The translations under genes were made by a program, and so were the position numbers. From Candidatus Heimdallarchaeota archaeon (lineage in GTDB: Archaea > Asgardarchaeota > Heimdallarchaeia > Heimdallarchaeales > Heimdallarchaeaceae), in NCBI GenBank assembly GCA_016839945.1, contig JAEOTE010000053.1, forward strand, positions 1-25,949: DNA of 25,949 nucleotides, written 5' to 3'. Shown here piece by piece: positions 8,403-16,439 of this stretch (position 1 is its first letter; each line of letters opens with the position of its first letter). The notes beneath the pieces are model-generated. The model was not told where the DNA came from. It was given only the letters and a program-made list of their open reading frames with translations, and searched no databases.

Positions 8403-9119
8403 ATGATAGATTTAGAAAAAGGAATATTCTTTGATTGGAAAGTTAAGAAATCTTTACTAGAAGAAGCTTTAACTCATCCAAATTATAACAACATATATCC
8501 AGATAAAGAAAATTTTGAGAGATTAGAGTTTTTAGGTGACGCAATATTAGATGTTTTGACAGCAGAATGGCTTTATCATAATATCCAAGAAGATGTAGGC
8601 GTTCTTTCAAAACTTCGTTCACTTGTGGTTCAAACTGATTCATTAGCTGAAATTGGAAACTCTCTGAAACTTCAAGATCATCTGTTGAGAGAACCAAAAT
8701 ATGAAGTTACAAGAACAGATATTGAAGATTGCTTAGAAGCTATTTCAGGGGCTTTATATTTATCAAATGACATTGAAACTACAAGAGATTTTTTCAATAA
8801 ATTCTTCTCAAGCAAACTGGAATCATTTAAGGAGAAATTACCAAACAAAGAAGAAAGAAGTAAACTACTAAAAAGAGCAGTATGTGAAGACAATCCTAAA
8901 AATAGACTACAAGAGTTCTGTCAGAAAAGAAGACTAGATTTACCAAGCTATAAAGTTGTAGGGAGAGAAGGATTTGATCATGATCCAATCTATCAAGTTG
9001 AATGTACTCTCCAATATAAAAACAAAGAATATACTAGTATAGGAGAAGGAAGAAGAGTTAAAATTGCTGAATATGACGCTGCTGAAGACGTTTTAGAACA
9101 ATTGGAAAACTCAAAATAG
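8403..9119 (+). CDS. rnc: Ribonuclease III (catalytic domain plus dsRNA-binding domain)
   Basis: ALTHPNY, signature NFERLEFLGDAILD, second acidic pair EDCLEAISGALY, dsRBD NPKNRLQEFCQK...PSY...GEGRRVKIAEYDAA. Confidence 0.95.
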   Translation: MIDLEKGIFFDWKVKKSLLEEALTHPNYNNIYPDKENFERLEFLGDAILDVLTAEWLYHNIQEDVGVLSKLRSLVVQTDSLAEIGNSLKLQDHLLREPKYEVTRTDIEDCLEAISGALYLSNDIETTRDFFNKFFSSKLESFKEKLPNKEERSKLLKRAVCEDNPKNRLQEFCQKRRLDLPSYKVVGREGFDHDPIYQVECTLQYKNKEYTSIGEGRRVKIAEYDAAEDVLEQLENSK

Positions 9120-9178
9120 TCCTTTTTATTTACTTATTTCTCACAAGGTTTAAGTAATATTTTATACAACTATAATTG

Positions 9179-10012
9179 ATGAATGATTCTAGCTTTGATT
9201 TTGAAAAAGCTATAGATTTTGTTAGAAAAAAAACTAAAGATGTAGAGAAATACAAGCTTCATTTTATCCTTGATGAAAAAAAAGAAGCAAAATCGATGCT
9301 AAAAGAACAATTAAAGATGCAAAATGAAGACGGAGGGATACCTTACAGATTCCAGCAAGGTGCAATAAGTACTATTGGTTCAACTATTATGTTTTTCAAG
9401 GATTTACTTCTACTTAATTTGCATGAACTTATCAGTGAAGAATTAGATAAAGCAGTTGAATTTTTAATCGGACGACAACATGAAGATGGACTTTTTGAGG
9501 AACCTCCAGAAATAAATAAATTGGAATGTGCTATGTGGGAAAGTACAGGATTCGAATCTAACCAGATATATTGTACAGCAATTGCAATAAATTTCCTACT
9601 TGGATCAAAGAAAACTCAAGCTGAAGATTCAATAATCAAAGGGATGGATTTTCTTCTAAAAAAATGGGACAATGAAAAAGGTTTCAGGAGCTACCCTCAC
9701 GCATTATGGAACAGTATCCCAGTATTCATAAGTAAGAAAAGTGAAGATGACCCAATTTCTGCAAGAGGAAGAGAATTATTGAATACTCTCCAACTTCAAA
9801 ATTATCCATCATCATCACTAGTATGGATGATTGAAAGCTTCATACATACAGGATTGGAAAAACATAATTTAGTAGAAAAATTGTTACAGATAATATTACC
9901 AAGACAGATGGGAGATGGAAGATGGACATCAGAAGATGGTGAAGAATTTGATCCTTTAACCACATTATCTGTTCTTGTTATCCTGAAAAGACTGAATTTA
10001 TTATCAAAATAG
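9179..10012 (+). CDS. Prenyltransferase/squalene-oxidase repeat (alpha/alpha-barrel) protein
   Basis: QW-like repeats QNEDGGI, RQHEDGLF, WDNEKGF, RQMGDGRW. ATG 9179 lies ~25 nt after AAGGTTTAAG (BRE/TATA-like). Confidence 0.75.
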   Translation: MNDSSFDFEKAIDFVRKKTKDVEKYKLHFILDEKKEAKSMLKEQLKMQNEDGGIPYRFQQGAISTIGSTIMFFKDLLLLNLHELISEELDKAVEFLIGRQHEDGLFEEPPEINKLECAMWESTGFESNQIYCTAIAINFLLGSKKTQAEDSIIKGMDFLLKKWDNEKGFRSYPHALWNSIPVFISKKSEDDPISARGRELLNTLQLQNYPSSSLVWMIESFIHTGLEKHNLVEKLLQIILPRQMGDGRWTSEDGEEFDPLTTLSVLVILKRLNLLSK

Positions 10013-10076
10013 CATCAGAAACAAAAACTAAAGATTTATCCTAAAGGCTTTTATTGCATACTTTTTCAGATAAATT

Positions 10077-11003
10077 ATGATTATAGATGGGCATACTGAT
10101 GTTTTATATACATTAAGAAGACAGCAAAGACAATTCAGTGAAGAATCGGAAATAGGTCATGTAGATCTTCCAAGACTAAAAAAAGGAAATGTTTTAGCAG
10201 CCTTCTTTGCAATATATCCAGCAGTTAGTGATTATGTTTTATCGAGAGGAGTAGATGATTGGTTCAAGCTTGTAAATGCTCCAGAAAATGCGTTATTTCA
10301 GATAAAGAAAATTGAAGATTTAGATCAATGTAAAAAAGATAACAAAGTTGGAGCAATACTACATTTTGAAGGATCAGGTGGGATAGATTCTGAATTTCAT
10401 AATTTAAGAAATTACTATCGATTGGGATTACGAAGTATGGGTTTAAGTTGGTCTAATCTTAATAAGTTTGCCACAGGAGTGGGAAAAGATCCTGAAAGAG
10501 GTCTGTCAGCTGAAGGAAAAGAATTAGTAAAAGAGATGGAAGCCCTAGGGATTATAGTAGACATTAGTCATTTAAACGAGAAATCATTTTGGGATGTTAT
10601 CAATACAGCTTCTAAACCACTTATTGCATCACATAGTAATGCATATTCTTTGTGCGATCACATAAGAAATTTGAAAGATGAACAGATAGAAGCTATTAGA
10701 GATATTAATGGAACAATAGGAGTTAATTTTGTTAAAAGTTTCCTAATATCAAAGGAAAAGCAAGATGAGATAACGTTAGAAACAATAAAAAATCATATCG
10801 ATAAGATTGTAGAATTAGCTGGAATAAATCATGTAAGTTTTGGATCAGATTATGATGGAGCAACTGTTCCTGATGTTGTAAAAGATGTAAGTTATTTTCC
10901 AATATTACTAGAATACCTTGAAGAAAATGGATATACAAAAAAAGAATTAGAGAAATTATCTGAAGATAATTATAAACGAGTAATGAAATCAGTTTGGAAA
11001 TAA
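10077..11003 (+). CDS. Peptidase M19 (membrane/renal dipeptidase family)
   Basis: IIDGHTD, GHVDLPRL, HFEG, DISHLNE, SHSNA, GSDYDG motifs. Confidence 0.93.
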   Translation: MIIDGHTDVLYTLRRQQRQFSEESEIGHVDLPRLKKGNVLAAFFAIYPAVSDYVLSRGVDDWFKLVNAPENALFQIKKIEDLDQCKKDNKVGAILHFEGSGGIDSEFHNLRNYYRLGLRSMGLSWSNLNKFATGVGKDPERGLSAEGKELVKEMEALGIIVDISHLNEKSFWDVINTASKPLIASHSNAYSLCDHIRNLKDEQIEAIRDINGTIGVNFVKSFLISKEKQDEITLETIKNHIDKIVELAGINHVSFGSDYDGATVPDVVKDVSYFPILLEYLEENGYTKKELEKLSEDNYKRVMKSVWK

Positions 11004-11023
11004 AGTATAAAAAATACTCTATT

Positions 11024-11683
11024 TCAAAAAGAAAGATATCCAGAGATATGTGGAAAGATAATATTAGTTTGCCATCTAATCTGCATTTGAAAAGAGAGAA
11101 GTAGTTCTGTTTCTTGATGATTATTAATTCTTAATTGTGCTTGAGAATTATTGGTCATACTTTGGAAGAATGGGATTGTGAAGAAATCACTTCCTTGAGC
11201 ATTAAATGTTTTGTTTCCTTGACTAGTATCAGCAATAATTTCACTATCATAGTAGAAATGAACAGCTGAATATACTCCTTCTGGTAAATCAATGGCATCA
11301 AATAACTCAACAGTATTATTTAGAGCTTTTAGGTCAATAATGATAGGTTCTTGTATTAAATCTATTACAGTACTTTCACCTTGAACTCTAATTGTTATGT
11401 AATTAACATATAATAACAAATTATAAACATCATATGGAGGAGTTGATTCAGAAGTCAATGATAAAATTGGACTAGAATTATCAACAGTATAACCAGAGAA
11501 ATAGAGTTTTAATGTACCCTCATTTATTTCATTCCATTCAAAAGGATCATTAATAAAATCATTAAACTGTGTAATAATTTGATTATAGTCTCTGACTGTA
11601 ATTAAAGTAGCAATTGGAATCCCAGATAAAATCAGTAAAACCATAACTATTGTGATTTTATCTCTTCCATTCATTTTTTTCAC
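11024..11683 (-). CDS. Membrane-anchored extracellular DUF4382-like protein
   Basis: N-terminal hydrophobic anchor (ITIVMVLLILSGIPIATLITV); beta-rich domain with IIDLKAL...DLPEGVYSAVHF resembling the DUF4382 DL..L / LP.G.Y..I.L pattern. Start GTG 11683 or ATG 11674. Confidence 0.55.
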   Translation of the reverse strand: MKKMNGRDKITIVMVLLILSGIPIATLITVRDYNQIITQFNDFINDPFEWNEINEGTLKLYFSGYTVDNSSPILSLTSESTPPYDVYNLLLYVNYITIRVQGESTVIDLIQEPIIIDLKALNNTVELFDAIDLPEGVYSAVHFYYDSEIIADTSQGNKTFNAQGSDFFTIPFFQSMTNNSQAQLRINNHQETELLLSFQMQIRWQTNIIFPHISGYLSF

Positions 11684-11756
11684 TTCTATATACTATATTC
11701 TTTCTATCTGTTTTTATATTTCCTATTTATTTTTTTAAAGTTCAATTCATTATTTT

Positions 11757-12575
11757 TCATAAAGCCACCATAAAGTAGATGTAATCCATCAAGATGAGAA
11801 TACCTGCTAGTATTAATGCTTGATATTTTTTACAATCAGATGAAAGATTGATTCCTTGAGCTACTAAAATTGTTGAGTATATTTTACTAATAATGAACAC
11901 AATATTAAGGATTATTCCAATCCAATTATCTGTAGCTGTATTTGTATAATAAAGGATTCCAGCAGGTATTAAATAGATGATATAGGGAATGATACCTACA
12001 AAAACACCAGTCCATAATTCTTTGAAATTAGTTTCATATCTGAGTATTTTCAATATTGCGAAAATAAGTAACAAATAAATGTACCAATGAACAAATGAGA
12101 TAATGGCATTAATTATAGGACCTCCCAAGAACATACTTTCAATTGAGCTGAAATATGAGTTAGAAACACCAAACAGCCATGCTGTTATAATCAACAGAAT
12201 ATTCAATTCTATTAGACTTCTTAAAGGATCACCAAAGAAATAATAGAATATATTCGGAAAAGTTATTTTATCTAAAAACCAGGTTACTTTCTTTTGTTCA
12301 ACTGCTGGAATAGCTTCTTCATGGAAAATTGAATAAACAATTGATTTTCCTTCTTCATTCAGCTGATAGAAATTTTGTTGATCCTTTTGGATAAATTTAT
12401 CTAAGCTTTTTAAATGATAAAATAAGTTTCCATCTGTCATTTCTAGTTCTTCTTTTAACACAGAAAAAGAAATTGATCCTTGATCTGAAATTGTTTTAAG
12501 AATCTTTTGCCTGATTGGATTTGATAGAACTTTCATTTTTTGAGTATGTTCATCATCTCCAATCATAGTATTCAT
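11757..12575 (-). CDS. ArsR-like winged-HTH regulator fused to a ~5-TM membrane domain
   Basis: VLSNPIRQKILKTI...SFSVLKEELEMTDGNLFYHLKSL...YQLNEEGK wHTH; C-terminal ~150 aa almost entirely hydrophobic helices. Confidence 0.85.
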   Translation of the reverse strand: MNTMIGDDEHTQKMKVLSNPIRQKILKTISDQGSISFSVLKEELEMTDGNLFYHLKSLDKFIQKDQQNFYQLNEEGKSIVYSIFHEEAIPAVEQKKVTWFLDKITFPNIFYYFFGDPLRSLIELNILLIITAWLFGVSNSYFSSIESMFLGGPIINAIISFVHWYIYLLLIFAILKILRYETNFKELWTGVFVGIIPYIIYLIPAGILYYTNTATDNWIGIILNIVFIISKIYSTILVAQGINLSSDCKKYQALILAGILILMDYIYFMVAL

Positions 12576-12619
12576 GAGTATTCACAAAAACCATAATATA
12601 TAATTTTAACCCTTTATCT

Positions 12620-12637
12620 ACTTTAAAATTTTAAAGT
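12620..12637. promoter_or_regulatory. Perfect 18-bp palindrome ACTTTAAAATTTTAAAGT in a divergent promoter region
   Basis: Seen directly, between the wHTH-TM gene and the secreted-protein gene. The 12-mer TTTTAAAGTTCA (12629-12640) recurs at 11733-11744 upstream of the DUF4382-like gene. Confidence 0.55.
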
Positions 12638-12693
12638 TCATGAATTTAGAAGAATAAATAAACACGTATTAAATTTGCAGAGAGTTTTGAATA

Positions 12694-13695
12694 TTGGCGA
12701 AAAATATGAAAGCAAAACAAGTATTAATTGGATTGACCTTTGTTATTCTCTTGTTCGCAAGCATGCAAATTCAAGCAGCTCCTGAACAAGGAATAACTTA
12801 TGAATATAAGAATGGTATAGCAAAAATTGAGACTGCTAATGTCACTGTTAGTGTAAATACTATGGGAAACATTCCAACATTTCATTATAAACAAGTATCA
12901 GGGTATAGTGTTAATGTAATGTTCAAACAGATTCATGAATATTATGATCTCAATGAGGATGGTGTTTTTCAATACAACGAATCTCTTGTAGGATTTCCCC
13001 CTCTCTCATTGTCAAGTATTCAATGGATATTCAGTGGTTTTGATGTTGAAGAAACTGGTGGAGTAACTACAGCTGCACATTTTAATTTTACATCAGATAC
13101 TATTATCGGAGCTATCTATGATGAATTAGATATTACTATCGCTATGCATCTATATTTAGAAGATCAAATAATTGATGGTTACGAATTAATTGGTGGAGCC
13201 GAATTTAAATTCGATATCTACATTAATGGTTGGCCATGGCAAGAAGTTGATAGTCTTTTAGCACTTCGATTTGATATTACTCCTGATAAAGGAAGTCAAT
13301 GTAAGAATCAAAACAATCAAGTTATTGATACTTCAGTAGATACAACAGACAATGAACAAAAACTTGTTGAAAAGAATCAAATAAAACAGAAACTTCAGTT
13401 TGAAAAAAATGGAAATGGAGCTTTCTTTGGATATGCAAATCAATCCAGAATTCGAAACACAACTGAATCACAATATAGATATGGAAGCGTGAATGCTTCG
13501 TATTCAAGCACTGGAGATGGAATACTACAAATATTTTTAAGCTTTGAACATGCTGACAGTATCATTTATGATCCCTCTCTTGGAACAGATGAATCTGGAG
13601 TAGCTGAAACAGCTTCTTCCTGGATTGCAGCAGTTATACTGCCAATATTAGCTGTTGCAGTTGTAAGAGTTTCTTACTACTTTAAGAGAAGATAA
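12694..13695 (+). CDS. Cell-surface protein: signal peptide, beta-rich ectodomain, C-terminal TM anchor
   Basis: Signal peptide ending ASMQIQAA; DxNxDG calcium-loop-like YYDLNEDGVFQYNE; several N-x-S/T sequons; IIYDPSLG; TM WIAAVILPILAVAVV then KRR. Start TTG 12694 or ATG 12706. Confidence 0.85.
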   Translation: MAKNMKAKQVLIGLTFVILLFASMQIQAAPEQGITYEYKNGIAKIETANVTVSVNTMGNIPTFHYKQVSGYSVNVMFKQIHEYYDLNEDGVFQYNESLVGFPPLSLSSIQWIFSGFDVEETGGVTTAAHFNFTSDTIIGAIYDELDITIAMHLYLEDQIIDGYELIGGAEFKFDIYINGWPWQEVDSLLALRFDITPDKGSQCKNQNNQVIDTSVDTTDNEQKLVEKNQIKQKLQFEKNGNGAFFGYANQSRIRNTTESQYRYGSVNASYSSTGDGILQIFLSFEHADSIIYDPSLGTDESGVAETASSWIAAVILPILAVAVVRVSYYFKRR

Positions 13696-13714
13696 TTCTT
13701 CTCTTTTTTTTTCT
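13696..13714 (+). terminator. Oligo-T archaeal-type terminator
   Basis: Pyrimidine tract ending in a run of nine T immediately after the stop of 12694-13695, between convergent genes. Confidence 0.55.
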
Positions 13715-13722
13715 AAAAATAG

Positions 13723-14193
13723 TTATTTTTCTTCTTTTTTTTCCTCTAAAGGAATTAGTTCTAACTGTCTTCCATATCCTGTGTCAATTTCTCTGATTAT
13801 TTCTAAAGATATTAGTTTCTCAACCCTCTCTCTGACAATTCTTCTTGAAGCTGAACCCCTTTCTTTTCTTACTTGTTCAGTTAATTGTGAAATGTTTAAT
13901 CTCTCCTTTCTTTCTAAAGCTGATATAATTGCTTTTGAGATTTCATCAAATTTGATATCTGGATTCAGTTCAAGTATTCTGTCTTTCATAGAAAGAGTTT
14001 GAGATAACATAGTAAAAGGAGCTTTAGTAATCTGTAGAGTGGATGTTAGGATTTGTAAAAGATTCATCATTTCTTTGAGTTCAGGATTAGAATCAGAAAC
14101 CCTATGCTGAAGATTATTTATTTGAAGTATAACATAATTAATTTTCTCTTCTAATTCTGTTATCCTGTTTTCTAATGTTTCATCTTCAGACAT
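13723..14193 (-). CDS. N-terminal coiled coil plus C-terminal winged-HTH protein, putative regulator (last gene of a 3-gene operon)
   Basis: Heptad LENRITELEEKINYVILQINNL; DEISKAIISAL...LNISQLTEQVRKERGSASRRIVRERVEKL...GYGRQLEL HTH with wing. Confidence 0.8.
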   Translation of the reverse strand: MSEDETLENRITELEEKINYVILQINNLQHRVSDSNPELKEMMNLLQILTSTLQITKAPFTMLSQTLSMKDRILELNPDIKFDEISKAIISALERKERLNISQLTEQVRKERGSASRRIVRERVEKLISLEIIREIDTGYGRQLELIPLEEKKEEK

Positions 14194-14243
14194 ACATATC
14201 CACTTAGAGAATCATTTAAGTCTTATTCCTGGACTTAGATTAT

Positions 14244-14540
14244 TTATTTCTTTACATTTATTTTAATAGCTTCTTTTATCATCTCTTTTGGAGAATCCCC
14301 AAAAGAAGATAGTTTCACCAAGTTTCTCAAGCTTAATCCATTACCATATGATTTTGCGATTTCTCTTCTGAAATCTCTTGGAATCCCAAATTGCTTTAAA
14401 TTTCTTCTAATTATTATCATATTTCTAGATTTTTTTGTAGATCCTGAAATAATTAGATATAGGAAGAGATAGGGGAATATAACCCCCAAGTAAGTAATAT
14501 ATAGCGTCGACCAAAAAATCGCCCATAAGGTTTTAGTCAT
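14244..14540 (-). CDS. Small single-TM membrane protein with a basic cytoplasmic tail (middle gene of the operon)
   Basis: ATG at 14540 preceded by AGGTGG SD-like motif (track start GTG 14549 overlaps it); hydrophobic N-terminus, then RRNLKQFGIPRDFRREIAKSY. Confidence 0.7.
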   Translation of the reverse strand: MTKTLWAIFWSTLYITYLGVIFPYLFLYLIISGSTKKSRNMIIIRRNLKQFGIPRDFRREIAKSYGNGLSLRNLVKLSSFGDSPKEMIKEAIKINVKK

Positions 14541-14562
14541 ACATTCCACCTATTGGTATTTT

Positions 14563-14940
14563 TTAGTCATCTTCTTCTTCGTCTTTCTTTGTCTTCAATT
14601 TTATTTCTTTGTCAATATTTTGGGGTATGTTTTTCATAGCAGAACCCAAAACATCAAATGATTTGGAAAAATTCAAAACAATTTCTCTAACCATATCTTC
14701 AGGTAGTCCTTGTTCTTGAAGTTCTTTGTAAAGAGATCCAATTCCTTTTCCATAGTTTTCAGCGATTGATGGATCATATATTGATCCAAATATGTTCTTC
14801 AGTAAGTCTGGGACTTGTGTAGAAACAACACCTAGAATCTCTCTTATTTCTTCAGCATCAGAAGAAGACTTTTTCTTAGTTTTCTTAATCTCTTTTTCTA
14901 TTTTTTCACTCAATTTATCACCAAGTTCATTGAAATCCAA
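14563..14940 (-). CDS. Small helical hypothetical protein (first gene of the operon)
   Basis: TTG start with GAGGTGA SD 6 nt upstream (14947-14953); core EIREILGVVSTQVPDLL...YGKGIGSLYKELQEQGLPEDMV. Confidence 0.8.
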   Translation of the reverse strand: MDFNELGDKLSEKIEKEIKKTKKKSSSDAEEIREILGVVSTQVPDLLKNIFGSIYDPSIAENYGKGIGSLYKELQEQGLPEDMVREIVLNFSKSFDVLGSAMKNIPQNIDKEIKLKTKKDEEEDD

Positions 14941-14977
14941 TTTGTTTCACCTCAGTTTTTCTAATAATATATTGATT

Positions 14978-15016
14978 GGTCACTATTTTTGAAACTGATG
15001 GTCACAAATCGGTCAC
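14978..15016 (-). promoter_or_regulatory. Three GGTCAC direct repeats (GTGACC on the coding strand) in 11-bp phase, candidate operator
   Basis: GGTCAC at 14978, 15000 and 15011 (spacings 22 and 11), located between a TATAAA (minus strand, 15046-15051) and the SD of the operon. Confidence 0.6.
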
Positions 15017-15069
15017 TTTTTCTGTTCAGTTACTGCTTTACTAAGTTTATATTCTCATAAAAATGTTCC

Positions 15070-16332
15070 TTAATCTTTCTCTTTTCTTCTTCGAATAAGG
15101 AAAAATATAGCTATTGCAAATATAACAGATATAACTGCAAAAAGAAAAGTGTATCTTAACATAACAAAAATCCCTAAGGGAGAATTATCTGCTAGAACTC
15201 CTAATAGTAGAATTCCTGCAACTACTCCAGTGATTCCAACAAAGCTAAAGATGCCATATGCTGCTGCTCTTCTTTCTTTATTTGAATAATTTGCGATTAG
15301 TGTATAAACTGAAACACTGTAGAAAGGATACATAGGGATGCTATAAAGAATTAAATTCAAAATAGCATTTGTGTAGAATATTGACATAAAGAGAAAGTAT
15401 ATAGCTTGTATAAGAAGGTAAACTATAGCAATTTGGCTGATCTTTTTATCTGATTTTATATTTCCCAAGAAGATAGAAACTGGAATAGCAATAGCCGTAG
15501 TAGCAATTAAGAAAAATGAAAAATGGACTGCTTTAACATTAAGCGTTTCAATGAAATAGATTGAACTATAAGCCCAAAATCCACTCATCGTTGCTTGCAT
15601 GAAGAAAGCCCAAATTAAAATTAAACCAAAAAAGATTGGATAAATGGAAATAGGAGTTGATGATTTAACTGCTTTGTTCTTTTCTACTACATCTTCAGTT
15701 CTTGTTTCTTTAGCAAAGAAAATTAAGATCAATGCAATTGAAATTGAGATAATAGCGATAATTAATTGGATCATCATAGCATTGTCTCCAGCCAAATCAT
15801 GAATTGTTCCAGAGATAGGACTCATTATAATCCAAGCAAAACTCATAATAGCAGATATTTTTCCTAATATCATTTCTTTTGATTTATTAGTTGATACCGT
15901 AGCTAAAGCATAATAATTTGCTTGTTGCGCAGAACCAAAAAAATATCCAATTAAGATAATAACAAGAAAATAGACAGGACTCATTGAGAAGATTAGACTA
16001 ATATACATAAGTCCCATAGCGATCAAACCACCGATAATAAATTTCTTTGTACCAAGTTTATCAGCAAAAAATCCCCATAATAATGTTCCAACTGCTAGCA
16101 TGGAATTCCAAATAACATTTGTAAGACCTAATACAACAAAGGATTCTACATCAAACAGCTGTTTCAACCAAATTGGTGCATAAGGTATGAAATTTGCATT
16201 AGCGATGCTGAAGAAAAACATACTGAAAATTATGAAAAACTCATTTCTACCAAAACTTAACCAATCTAGGATTTTTTCTTTTTTTGAACTAGTTTGCTTT
16301 TGTTCAATCCTAGAATTGGTATTCATGACCAT
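15070..16332 (-). CDS. MFS transporter
   Basis: About 12 hydrophobic segments; motif A WGFFADKLGTKK; ERRAAAYG in the C-terminal half. Confidence 0.92.
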   Translation of the reverse strand: MVMNTNSRIEQKQTSSKKEKILDWLSFGRNEFFIIFSMFFFSIANANFIPYAPIWLKQLFDVESFVVLGLTNVIWNSMLAVGTLLWGFFADKLGTKKFIIGGLIAMGLMYISLIFSMSPVYFLVIILIGYFFGSAQQANYYALATVSTNKSKEMILGKISAIMSFAWIIMSPISGTIHDLAGDNAMMIQLIIAIISISIALILIFFAKETRTEDVVEKNKAVKSSTPISIYPIFFGLILIWAFFMQATMSGFWAYSSIYFIETLNVKAVHFSFFLIATTAIAIPVSIFLGNIKSDKKISQIAIVYLLIQAIYFLFMSIFYTNAILNLILYSIPMYPFYSVSVYTLIANYSNKERRAAAYGIFSFVGITGVVAGILLLGVLADNSPLGIFVMLRYTFLFAVISVIFAIAIFFLIRRRKEKD

Positions 16333-16439
16333 TTGTAAAACTAGTCATTCTTAACTTTTCTCAAATAACTTTTGGATTAAAGCGAAAAGTTGATATTTAT
16401 CTGATTAGAAAGGTTGTTTATAAGAGTGCTAGATTATCA

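Noticed and set aside
9179-10012. Squalene-hopene or oxidosqualene cyclase
   Set aside because: Less than half the expected length and no DxDD/DCTAE motif.
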